Source: a virus. From it: DNA of 64,000 nt. Position numbers and translations under genes: made by a program. Below the pieces are notes generated by a model. That model had not been told where the DNA came from and ran no database searches. It saw only the letters and a program-made list of their open reading frames with translations. Location: IMG/VR virus record IMGVR_UViG_3300020187_003193. The stretch is one strand, 5' to 3'. Numbering within the stretch: the first letter of the stretch is position 1; each line of letters opens with the position of its first letter. Below, piece after piece: positions 15,736 through 25,800 of this stretch.

Positions 15736-18722
15736 TGGGATTAGAACAAACTATAATAAAAGGAGGAAATACTTTAGGTAAGTTTGCTCAAACTATACAG
15801 GATAAGTCTCTTGTATTAGTTTATGGTCGTGAGGAAGAAGTTTTAGATGTTAACTTTGCAAGTGCAGCTGAAAGAGAAGAATTTCTAAAAGCGTTACCTA
15901 AAATAACTCAACAACCTTCTTTAAGTAGTATAGTTAAAACACTTCAAGTAATTAATACATACGATGTATGTAATCCCCTAAACTTAGCAGTTCAACAACT
16001 TACTCGTCCTGGTAGTGCTATAGGAAATATACTAAGTGGAGCTCAAGGTAGAATAGGAGAAATTGTAAATGCTTTTAGAGCATCCAATATAATAGATAGT
16101 CCTCAACTTAGACAAGCCTTTGTACCTGTTACTTTTGATTTAACAACTGGAGAAGAGGTTGAATCTATGATTTTTCAAACTACACAAAAGGTTAACTTAA
16201 TTGTACCTTTTTCGGGGGATGAAATTACAAATAAAACAAATACTATATCCAGGGGATCTTACGTTACTTTAACTCAAACTGACGATCCTAAGAAGAAGAT
16301 GTTTTATATGAAGGGAACTATAGATTCTTTTACAGAAGTAAATGATCCCCTCCCTGGTATTGAATATACTATTAATATAGATAGTATGGGTCCTACCTCC
16401 GACCCACCATATCAAAATGATAAAAATGGAAATTTAATAAAAAACTCTGCTGGACAACCTATTCCTCAAGAATTTTTTAACTGGCAAATCGAATCTGAAT
16501 CAAAAATCTCTGGAGATGCAAAACAATTATCCTCTGATTTAAGTAGTTTAGCAACAACATTAAGAGAAATAGGTATAGCAGATTTAGCTACAGAATTAAA
16601 TGAATTACCTTCCACTCTACCAGGTGCAGGAAATATAAAGAAGGCATTACAAGAAGTCCTTACCATAATTGACGATGGAGCTACTATAGCTACAGGTGCT
16701 GCTAACGTAGTAGGTACTGCTGCTACCTCTGTAGAGGGGGGTCTTACCACAGAACAAGTAATCTTAAGAGTAAGATTATTAAGAGATTTTTATACTAAGA
16801 TACTTCCTTTTACAAATATAAATTTTGCAGTACAAGAGTTATTTAAAAACCAAATAGCAAGTATAAATAACGTTTTACGTGATGCTATTCCTTATGAACA
16901 ACTAGCTCAACTTGTAAAGGTAGTAACTACTTTATCTCGAACAGTTTTAGGGGCTATAAATTTAATTTTAGCAGGACTAAAAATAATAAATTCTGCTATT
17001 AAGACTATAATGGTAGTTTTAAAAGTAGTTAAAATAATTTTAAAGGTAATTAAAAAACTAATAAAGTTTATCCCCGCTCGTTGGAGTACAATAGGTAAAA
17101 TTGAAAGTATAACTAACAAAATTAATGAATGGCAAACATCTATTCAAAAAGCTATAGACATATTACAAAATATTAGTGATGTAATTCAAAACCTAATAGG
17201 ATCTTTAGCTTTAGTAAGGAGATACTTACAAGATTTAATAGTAGAATCATCTAAATTTGCAGCCAAACTAGAAAGTTGTGCTGGGTTTAATAACAAAGGT
17301 TTATCTGAAGCAGCCCTAGAAGCCTCTAGAAACAACTTCTTAGCCCTTCAAGGCCTAATCCAATCAGTTCCACAAGTAGAAAATGTAGGAGTAAGAGGAC
17401 CAGCAGGTGCAAATGCTTTAGCTCAAGGATATACTACTTTTGTAATAGGACCTGGAGGAGTTATAATGCCCTTACGTGATACTGTTTTTGGATTCGATGA
17501 ATTTGGAAACTTATTATTTTATGGAGATCTAACCTCAGCTGCAACAGGAGTAAATTTTGAAAATACTTTAGGACAAGAATTTAGAAGTAAACTAAAATAC
17601 TATACCTTTAATAAATTTGATGCCTCTAAAAAAGCATTATTAGAATTAGCAGATAAAACCTTTTTAGATAACCAAATTGTAGCCGATCCAGAAGATGTTT
17701 TTGGAAATTTTCAAGAGTTGTTTTTAGGGTATACTTTAAAAGTTCAAGAAGAAAAACCAATAGGTGCTACTGAAAATACCTTGCTTAGAAGAAGAGGTAT
17801 AGCTTTAACCTCAAATGAAAAAATAGTAGTGTCTACGGATTTAACATATTCAACTGATTTAAATACTATTGTAAACGAGTTAAAATATAAATTAAGACGT
17901 AATTTAGATCAAGGACTTATTGGAATCAATACTACGGATAGAGGTTCAAATGAGATAACAGATGATAATGCTTTAGATTTAGCTTCACAAGTTGGTGCTA
18001 ATTCAATAGGAATTAATAACGAAAAAGCAGCTTCAAATAATAGGGCAACAAGTAATATCTCGGGTCAACAATTAGAACCTGCAGATCCAAGAGAAACAAG
18101 AATTGGAAATCAACCATTTACAGTTGATGATCAAGTAGGAATAGGTGCACAAGAAAAACCAAATACATCTACCCCTGCAAGAACCATAAATGTAGAATCA
18201 CTTATTACACCCATTACCCTCCAATCAGAAGAAGAAGATCCTGAATTAAGGGCCGTTAGAGATGTAATAGATACATTAGGGTCTGTTAATGCTGGGACTA
18301 TTTCTAAAATTTTAAGCGAACCTGGTAATCAAAACTTGACTGATGAAGAACTTGTTAGTAAATTAAAACAATCTATTTTAAGTGGTATAGATCCTAACCC
18401 TGACAAAGTTGAAGAAATTAAAAAGAAAACTCAACAATGGTATGAAGGTTTACAACAACAAACTAAAATAGAATGGGAACAATTGTTTATGCAAAGTAGA
18501 TATAATAAAAAACCTGTTCCTCCATTTGAAGTTTATTATGACACTGTAGAAAAACAAGAGTTACCTAAATGGGTAAAACTTTTATTAAGAAATAGGTATA
18601 CTGAAACAGAAGTAGATTACGGTATATCACAAGACGAAATTAGAGACAAATATAAAATAGTAATCAAAGATGATGGTTCAGTAGAAGTAACATTAAGACC
18701 AGCATTTGGAAAAAAGAATTAG
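15735..18722 (+). CDS. Large baseplate/hub-associated protein with long amphipathic helices
   Basis: Position between spike and gp25; hydrophobic/basic helix run LVKVV...KLIKFIP. Confidence 0.55.
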   Translation: MGLEQTIIKGGNTLGKFAQTIQDKSLVLVYGREEEVLDVNFASAAEREEFLKALPKITQQPSLSSIVKTLQVINTYDVCNPLNLAVQQLTRPGSAIGNILSGAQGRIGEIVNAFRASNIIDSPQLRQAFVPVTFDLTTGEEVESMIFQTTQKVNLIVPFSGDEITNKTNTISRGSYVTLTQTDDPKKKMFYMKGTIDSFTEVNDPLPGIEYTINIDSMGPTSDPPYQNDKNGNLIKNSAGQPIPQEFFNWQIESESKISGDAKQLSSDLSSLATTLREIGIADLATELNELPSTLPGAGNIKKALQEVLTIIDDGATIATGAANVVGTAATSVEGGLTTEQVILRVRLLRDFYTKILPFTNINFAVQELFKNQIASINNVLRDAIPYEQLAQLVKVVTTLSRTVLGAINLILAGLKIINSAIKTIMVVLKVVKIILKVIKKLIKFIPARWSTIGKIESITNKINEWQTSIQKAIDILQNISDVIQNLIGSLALVRRYLQDLIVESSKFAAKLESCAGFNNKGLSEAALEASRNNFLALQGLIQSVPQVENVGVRGPAGANALAQGYTTFVIGPGGVIMPLRDTVFGFDEFGNLLFYGDLTSAATGVNFENTLGQEFRSKLKYYTFNKFDASKKALLELADKTFLDNQIVADPEDVFGNFQELFLGYTLKVQEEKPIGATENTLLRRRGIALTSNEKIVVSTDLTYSTDLNTIVNELKYKLRRNLDQGLIGINTTDRGSNEITDDNALDLASQVGANSIGINNEKAASNNRATSNISGQQLEPADPRETRIGNQPFTVDDQVGIGAQEKPNTSTPARTINVESLITPITLQSEEEDPELRAVRDVIDTLGSVNAGTISKILSEPGNQNLTDEELVSKLKQSILSGIDPNPDKVEEIKKKTQQWYEGLQQQTKIEWEQLFMQSRYNKKPVPPFEVYYDTVEKQELPKWVKLLLRNRYTETEVDYGISQDEIRDKYKIVIKDDGSVEVTLRPAFGKKN

Positions 18723-18741
18723 CAAATAAATATTTATAATC

Positions 18742-19203
18742 ATGAAATTAGACGCTTTTAGAAAAATTATTAGAGAAGAAGTAAGAGGTGTAATTAAGGA
18801 AGAACTTTCTTTAATTATGAGCACTCCTGTAACCGAAACTAAGGTAGTTAAGAAGCCGGTAGTAGAACAAAAAGTAAGTAAACCTTCATTTTCTGAAATA
18901 GTAAATGAAGAAGTAGTACAACAAAAACAACCTACATTTGAACCAACCGGAAATCCAATGTTGGACATCTTAAACGAAACCGCAGCAGCAGGTGAATGGA
19001 GAAGCTTAAACGGTGGATACAATTCTAGCCACGCAGCTGGATTCGCAGGTGGCATGCCTGGTGGAAACGTTAAAGTAGTAGAAAGTGTAGACCAAATGTT
19101 GGCTAACAAACAACCCGTAAGCGACATTAACCAAGTTGTTATTGATGCTGTACCTGATTTTTCAGGTGTAATGGGTAAATTAAAAGAAAGCGGTAAAATA
19201 TAA
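18742..19203 (+). CDS. Virion protein with capsid-targeting-like N-terminus
   Basis: MKLDAFRKIIREE; late motif at 18729. Confidence 0.55.
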   Translation: MKLDAFRKIIREEVRGVIKEELSLIMSTPVTETKVVKKPVVEQKVSKPSFSEIVNEEVVQQKQPTFEPTGNPMLDILNETAAAGEWRSLNGGYNSSHAAGFAGGMPGGNVKVVESVDQMLANKQPVSDINQVVIDAVPDFSGVMGKLKESGKI

Positions 19204-19622
19204 TGGCTTATATTGTAAGAAATGTTGATATATTAGACCTTAAACCTAGTACAGGTGTAGGTATAGATTTACCTTTTAATGGTCCTACAGGTATTAACAC
19301 TACTTATACTACTAAAGCTGCTGTAAAAGCTAATCTACTAAATTTTATCTTAACAGGTAAAAGAGAAAGAATTATGAATCCTGGTTTCGGCTCGGGAATT
19401 CGTGATGTTATATTTGAACAAATAACAGATGAAAGAATAGATCAAATTGAAAACTTAATTTATGGTGGTGTAGAATTATATTTCCCACAAGTTCAAATTA
19501 ACGATTTAACAATTGATTTATCTTCTGAATCACAAACAATTGCTATATACTTAAAGTATTCTGTAATTAATACAAATATTGAAGATGAACTTCAAATAAA
19601 CATCAATAATGGCGGAGTCTAA
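19203..19622 (+). CDS. gp25: Baseplate wedge protein gp25-like
   Basis: KANLLNFILT.K.ERIMNP.FGS.I...IFE. Confidence 0.85.
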   Translation: MAYIVRNVDILDLKPSTGVGIDLPFNGPTGINTTYTTKAAVKANLLNFILTGKRERIMNPGFGSGIRDVIFEQITDERIDQIENLIYGGVELYFPQVQINDLTIDLSSESQTIAIYLKYSVINTNIEDELQININNGGV

Positions 19623-21486
19623 ACAAATACAATACTTAAATAAGGATTTTGACGGGTTCAAACAGAAATTACTTGAATTTGCTCAAATATACTACCCTAA
19701 TACCTACAACGACTTCTCAGAGACCTCAGCAGGTCTTATGCTTGTTGAAATGGCCTCTTATGTAGGGGATGTTTTATCATTCTATACTGATAATCAAATA
19801 CAAGAAAACTTTTTACAATACGCAAAACAAAAAAGTAGTTTACTTTCTTTAGCTTACTCATATGGATATTTCCCTCAAGTAACTTATGCATCAACTGTAG
19901 AAATAGATGTTTTTCAAACCATCCCTTCAAGTATAAACGGTGGTTTAATAACTCCTGATTTTAATTATGCTTTAATTGTAGAACAAGGTGCTCAAATCCA
20001 ATCTAATAACAATGCAGGAGCCTTATTTTATGTAGAAGATAAAATAGACTTTACTATATCAGGAAGTGATAACCCTACTGACATCTCAGTTTACTCTTTA
20101 GATTCAGAAAACCAACCAAACTTTTATTTACTTAAAAAGAAAGTAAAAGCTACATCTGGTACTCTAAAATCAGTAGACTTTACCTTTACCAACCCTGAAA
20201 AATTTGCTACTATTAAAATTGAAGATAGTAATATAATTAAAATAGTAAATGTATCTGATACTGATGGTCAAAATTGGACTGAAGTTCCTTTTCTAGCACA
20301 AGAAACAGTATTTAGTTCTGTAGCTAATACAGCCCAAAATGATCCAAATCTATACCAATATAACGAAACCACTCCTTACCTATTAAAGGTAGAAAAAGTA
20401 CCACGTAGATTTGTAAAACGATTCAAGTCAGATAGTTCTATAGAATTACAATTTGGTCCTGGATCATCAACTAACCCTGATGAAGTAATCACTCCAAATA
20501 CTAATAATATTGGTTTAGGTTTACCTTATGGTACTAATAAACTTACTACAGCTTGGGATCCTGCTAATTTTATGTATACAAAAACATATGGTCTATCTCC
20601 ATCTAATACAACTCTAACCGTAGAATATCTTGTAGGAGGAGGAGCTTCATCAAACGTAGCTTCAAATACATTAACTACACTATTTTCAGGGAATGTTTCC
20701 TCTTTTGGAAATAATTTAGATCCCCTCTTAGAATCTACAGTTATAAACTCTCTAGCATTTAATAATTCTCAACCTGCAAAAGGTGGGGGTGATGGAGATT
20801 CAAATGAAGATATAAGACAAAATTCTATATCTCAATATCCAACTCAACTTAGAACTGTTACTAAAGATGATTACGCTATTAGAGCTTTATCTTTACCTGC
20901 TATATATGGGACTGTATCTAAAGTATATATTACTAATGAGGCTTCAATCTCAACAAATAGACTAACAGCAGAACAAAAGTACGATTCAAATTTATTAACA
21001 TTATATCTTCTTTCTAAAGATAATAATAATAAGTTAATTCAAGCAGATCTTGCTCTAAAACAAAATTTATCTACTTATTTAGCAGAGTATAGAATGCTTA
21101 CTGATGGTGTAGCTATTAAAGATGCTTTTATTATTAATATTGGTATTAACTTTGATGTTATATTACAACCTAATTTTAATAATAGATTAGTACTTAATAA
21201 TTGTATAGCTGCATTATCCGATTACTTTAACATAGATAAATGGCAATTGAACCAACCTATAATTCTTAGTAATGTTAGAAATCTTATAGACAATATAGAA
21301 GGTGTTCAAACAGTTAAAAAATTAGAAATAGTAAACAAAGCAGGAGCAAGTGGAAACTACTCCGAATTTGCATACGATATAAATGGTGCAACTATAGATG
21401 GTGTACTTTACCCATCACTTGACCCTTCAGTATTTGAAATAAAATTCCCTGAAACCGATATACAAGGTAGATCAGTAACAAACTAA
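19609..21486 (+). CDS. gp6: Baseplate wedge protein gp6-like
   Basis: YLNKDFD.FK..L...Y.DF.E.S.G..LVEMASYVGDVLSFY.D; QLRTVTKDDY. Confidence 0.85.
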   Translation: MAESKQIQYLNKDFDGFKQKLLEFAQIYYPNTYNDFSETSAGLMLVEMASYVGDVLSFYTDNQIQENFLQYAKQKSSLLSLAYSYGYFPQVTYASTVEIDVFQTIPSSINGGLITPDFNYALIVEQGAQIQSNNNAGALFYVEDKIDFTISGSDNPTDISVYSLDSENQPNFYLLKKKVKATSGTLKSVDFTFTNPEKFATIKIEDSNIIKIVNVSDTDGQNWTEVPFLAQETVFSSVANTAQNDPNLYQYNETTPYLLKVEKVPRRFVKRFKSDSSIELQFGPGSSTNPDEVITPNTNNIGLGLPYGTNKLTTAWDPANFMYTKTYGLSPSNTTLTVEYLVGGGASSNVASNTLTTLFSGNVSSFGNNLDPLLESTVINSLAFNNSQPAKGGGDGDSNEDIRQNSISQYPTQLRTVTKDDYAIRALSLPAIYGTVSKVYITNEASISTNRLTAEQKYDSNLLTLYLLSKDNNNKLIQADLALKQNLSTYLAEYRMLTDGVAIKDAFIINIGINFDVILQPNFNNRLVLNNCIAALSDYFNIDKWQLNQPIILSNVRNLIDNIEGVQTVKKLEIVNKAGASGNYSEFAYDINGATIDGVLYPSLDPSVFEIKFPETDIQGRSVTN

Positions 21487-21490
21487 TAAC

Positions 21491-22549
21491 ATGGCAGTAT
21501 ATAAAATATTTCCCGAAAAAGATGCTTTTATCTTATCTCAATATCCTTCACAAAACACAGGACGAGATGAGGTATTAGAGGTTTCTAACGAAAATGGAAT
21601 TAATGTGGATTCATCTGCTGGAGGTGACTTACCTGCCGTTAAACGTTCGCTAATTCAATTCAATTCAACGGATATAAACGACGTTATATCCAATAAAATA
21701 GGCGACGCGTCATTCCAAAGTAACTTAAATTTATACCTGGCTACTGCTGGAAATTTACCGCTTAACTATACTATCGAAGCGTATCCTGTAACCCAATCTT
21801 GGAATATGGGAACCGGTAGAGTAGGAGATTCTCCTAAAACAGAAAACGGAGTATCTTGGACCTGGAGACAAGAATCAGGATCAGGAGCTTGGGCTACAGA
21901 AGGTGGAGATTGGTTATCAACTCCATCAAGTTCACAAACCTTTACTTACACTAGCGATAAAGATGTTTCAATGGATGTTACTACTATAGTAGATTCTTGG
22001 AATAGTGGTTCAATTGATAATAACGGGTTTATAGTTAAACTCGACGATAGTATCGAATTTTCTGCTTCATACGTTGAAACCGCGTATTTTTCCGTAGATA
22101 CCCACACAATATACCCACCTGATTTAGAATTTAAGTGGGACGATTCAATATATTCAACTACATTATCCCAAGTAACTTCAAGTGATTTTGTTGCTAAAGT
22201 AACAAATTTAAAATCTGAATTTGAAGATACAAGTGTATATAAATTTAAAGTAAAAGCTAGAGATACTTTCCCAACGAGAGCGTTTCAAACTTCATCTGTA
22301 TACTTAGATGCTAAAGCATTACCTACATCTTCATATTGGGGTTTAAAAGATGTCAAAACTGGAGAAATGGTAGTAGATTTTGATACAAACTATACTAAAA
22401 TAAGTGCCGACAACGAAAGCAACTACTTTACAGTTTATATGGACGGGTTAGAACCTGAAAGATACTATCAAGTAGCTATTAAAACAGTAATTGAAGGTGA
22501 AACATTAGTAATCGAAGATAAAACAAACTACTTTAAAGTTATAAGATAA
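21491..22549 (+). CDS. Virion structural protein, DNRLRE-like domain
   Basis: KDAFI.S.YP.QNTG.DEVL...RSLIQF....A.LNLY...Y.VTQSW.MGTG. Confidence 0.55.
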   Translation: MAVYKIFPEKDAFILSQYPSQNTGRDEVLEVSNENGINVDSSAGGDLPAVKRSLIQFNSTDINDVISNKIGDASFQSNLNLYLATAGNLPLNYTIEAYPVTQSWNMGTGRVGDSPKTENGVSWTWRQESGSGAWATEGGDWLSTPSSSQTFTYTSDKDVSMDVTTIVDSWNSGSIDNNGFIVKLDDSIEFSASYVETAYFSVDTHTIYPPDLEFKWDDSIYSTTLSQVTSSDFVAKVTNLKSEFEDTSVYKFKVKARDTFPTRAFQTSSVYLDAKALPTSSYWGLKDVKTGEMVVDFDTNYTKISADNESNYFTVYMDGLEPERYYQVAIKTVIEGETLVIEDKTNYFKVIR

Positions 22550-22896
22550 TGTCTAAACAAGAAGTAAAGCTTAATAAACAGGTATATGGTAAAGTATCCT
22601 ACCCTAAAGTAGTAAATACTGAGTTTTCTCAATTAGTTAAACCTGAACAGGCTCTAGTAATAGAGGAACCTATGACTGTAGCTGAATTTTTTGCTGAATA
22701 TGACAGATTATTTTTTGAAATCCCTCAAAGGGGAAATTTTGGTTCTCACGAAGAATTAATTAAAAGAAGCTCTAGCTACATAGGTGTAACAGGCCAATCA
22801 ACCGAAATACAAGCTCTACTAGACGAAATAAACGAATTAAGAAACCAGTTATTATCATCACAACAGGAAATAATTAACTTGAGTACAAATATATAA
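22549..22896 (+). CDS. Hypothetical structural protein
   Basis: ORF in baseplate operon; C-terminal coiled coil. Confidence 0.65.
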   Translation: MSKQEVKLNKQVYGKVSYPKVVNTEFSQLVKPEQALVIEEPMTVAEFFAEYDRLFFEIPQRGNFGSHEELIKRSSSYIGVTGQSTEIQALLDEINELRNQLLSSQQEIINLSTNI

Positions 22897-22897
22897 T

Positions 22898-25800
22898 ATG
22901 GAGCAAACTAGCGTATCAAATAATTCTCCTTTAGAGTTAATTAACCAAGATTATTCTATTAAAGATGTCTCATTATTAAATGAGTATGAAGTTAATAGAG
23001 AATTTGGGGCTGAACAGGATGTAGTAGAACTCCATGTTTTCTCCTCTACAAATCAGCTATTAAATTCTAACCATAATTTTAAAGATTACAATACTCAAGT
23101 AACTAAAGACGATACTTCTTTATTTAATACCTTATATCTTGATCCTGAAAAAGATGTTAAATCCGCTGGGTTTAATGTTGGGAAATACAATACGGGGTAC
23201 TTTTTCTACAGAACTTTATTTTTAAGTAATATTGATAGACGTTTCTTTATTAAAGAAATTTCACAAGATAGAACTGAAATCAAGATTGCAACTAACGAAT
23301 TATCTTATGATGCGTTAGGAACATCTTATTTCAACTACATAACTTCCAAACAAGGTAAAAGTTTTTACTCTGATTTACTTCTAAACTTTGGAAACAATCA
23401 AACCTTAATAGGAGTAAATACCCTACTAGACACTGCTAACCCATCAGAACCTAGTATATATATTAAGTTATATGAACCTCTACCAGTTCAATTTGGATTA
23501 AAAGATACATTATGGTGTGTTGAAGAGGTTTCTGAACCGATTTCATTTAATGTAGATATACAATTCATATCTGAAGAAGTAGAAGAATTTACTTATTTAA
23601 GAGGACCAAATACAAATATAGATCTAAATTCTCAAGTAAACTCTACTACAAATTATTTAAATGTTAATGAAATACTTAATACCTCATTAACTTCTTCGTT
23701 TCAACAACTTAAATCCTACCTTGAGGAAAAAAGTATTGATATAAGTATTGATCATGAAGAATACTCTAACTTTGTACATTTCTCCTCCGCTTATGAGAGG
23801 TTAGAAAACTTTAAATATAAATTAAATTTAATTCAATCATACCAAGGTGATTTAAATTCCCTTAAAAGTATAAGCGAATTAACAGATGATTCTTATGTAT
23901 CTGCTTCAAAAGCAACCCTACAAGATAATATAGATACATTAATAGAAAAATTTGATAATTACGAATACTACTTATACTACACATCAGGTTCAAAAGCTTG
24001 GCCTAAAACAACCAATTCACCACCTTATACTAATCAACTAACTAGTACAACATCTTCTCTAGAATGGTTTGGATCGGTAGATGAAGAAAGTACATATTAT
24101 GGAGGTCAAATATTATCTGCTTCTTTATACGATGAAGATAACAGAAACTATATATGGAACACATTACCTTCCTATATAAAAGATGATCCACAAAATCAAA
24201 ACCTAGAGTTGCTAGTAGCAATGTTAGGTCAACATTATGATTATATCTGGACTTATATTAGAGGTATAGGTGATTTAAAAAACGCAGATAACAGACCTGA
24301 TTATGGTGTTTCTAAAGATATGGTAGCAGATGCTCTCCGTTCTTTAGGTATAAAACTATATACTAGCGATAGAACTAACCAGGACATATACACTTCTATA
24401 TTAGGTCTAACCCCTTCAGGTGGTTTAGTACCTGATACGGGTTCTTATAGAATAGAAAACTATATATCAGCATCTAACAACCAGACATCTTATGATGATC
24501 TTAATAAAGAAGTATACAAACGTATCTATCATAACCTACCTTACCTTTTAAAAACAAAAGGTTCTTATAGAGGTTTAAGAGCACTTCTTAACTGTTTTGG
24601 TATAGCAGATTTTATCATTAGAATAAAAGAATACGGTGGTAACAAAAAGAATGTAAGAGAAGTAAATCAACTATATGAAAATGGTGTTTATGCTTTAAAT
24701 ACTAATTCTTCTAGTATGGTTAACGTTCCATGGTTACCAACTTTAATACCTATGCTCCCTGAATTATGGGAAGAAATGGATTATGACTGGAACGATATTG
24801 AAGGTTGGTGGAATGGTACTTTAACTATTGACAGTGTTGCTGATGAACTTGAATTTAGATTCAAAACTAAAGGTATACCTACATCATCTCACCATACTCA
24901 ATCTATATTCCAAGTAAACAACTCGGATTCATCATCCCAATTTGGGGTACAATTATTGTACCCAACTGAATCGCTACAAGAATCAGGTAGTGGGTTTGAA
25001 CGTCACGGTGAATTAAGATTTATCCTATCTGGATCTCAGGGATACAAAGAAACAGAACCTATATTCTTACCTTTCTTTAGCGCAAGCTGGTTTAATGTAA
25101 GATTGGGAAGAAATCCGGGTAAAGGTACTTTAGATCAAACTGGATCTGTAGATGTAACTTACAAATTAGATGTAAGAGGAGCAGAATTTGAAGGAAGCGC
25201 AGACCAGTATATAAAATATACAGGATCAGCTGAATTTACAATTGATGCAGCTACATCAGCCTCATATAATGAAGCATGGAGTTACTATGATTTTGTCCCT
25301 GACAATAATTACTTCCGTGGATGGTTAGGTGGAGCAAGCAGTAGTAACGTAATGGCACCAGATGGTGTTTTGTTTGATGGTTACTTCCAAGAATTTAGAA
25401 TTTGGATGACAAACTTATCATCTTCAGCTCTTGATCAGCATGTCTTAAACCCAACCTCATATGTAGGAAATAATTATTCATCTTCTTATAATGATTTAAT
25501 TTATAGATTAGGTTTAGGAAATGACTTATTAACTAGTAGTGCTATAGTTCCATCCATACACCCTATGGTTACAGGTTCGAATGCACCTACAGCCTCATTC
25601 TTAGGTACGGGTTCAACAACTGTATCCTACGGTATCATTACTAACTTTTCAAATGCTAGTTTTGAAGAAGAAAACAGAACAGATTTAATTCAAGCAGCAG
25701 ATATAGGGGCTTTAGTTCAAAACGAAATTAAAGTTAGACCTAGAAATGTAAGCACAATATCAGGTTCTACTTTATCCCCTTATGTAAGTATTCAAGATGA

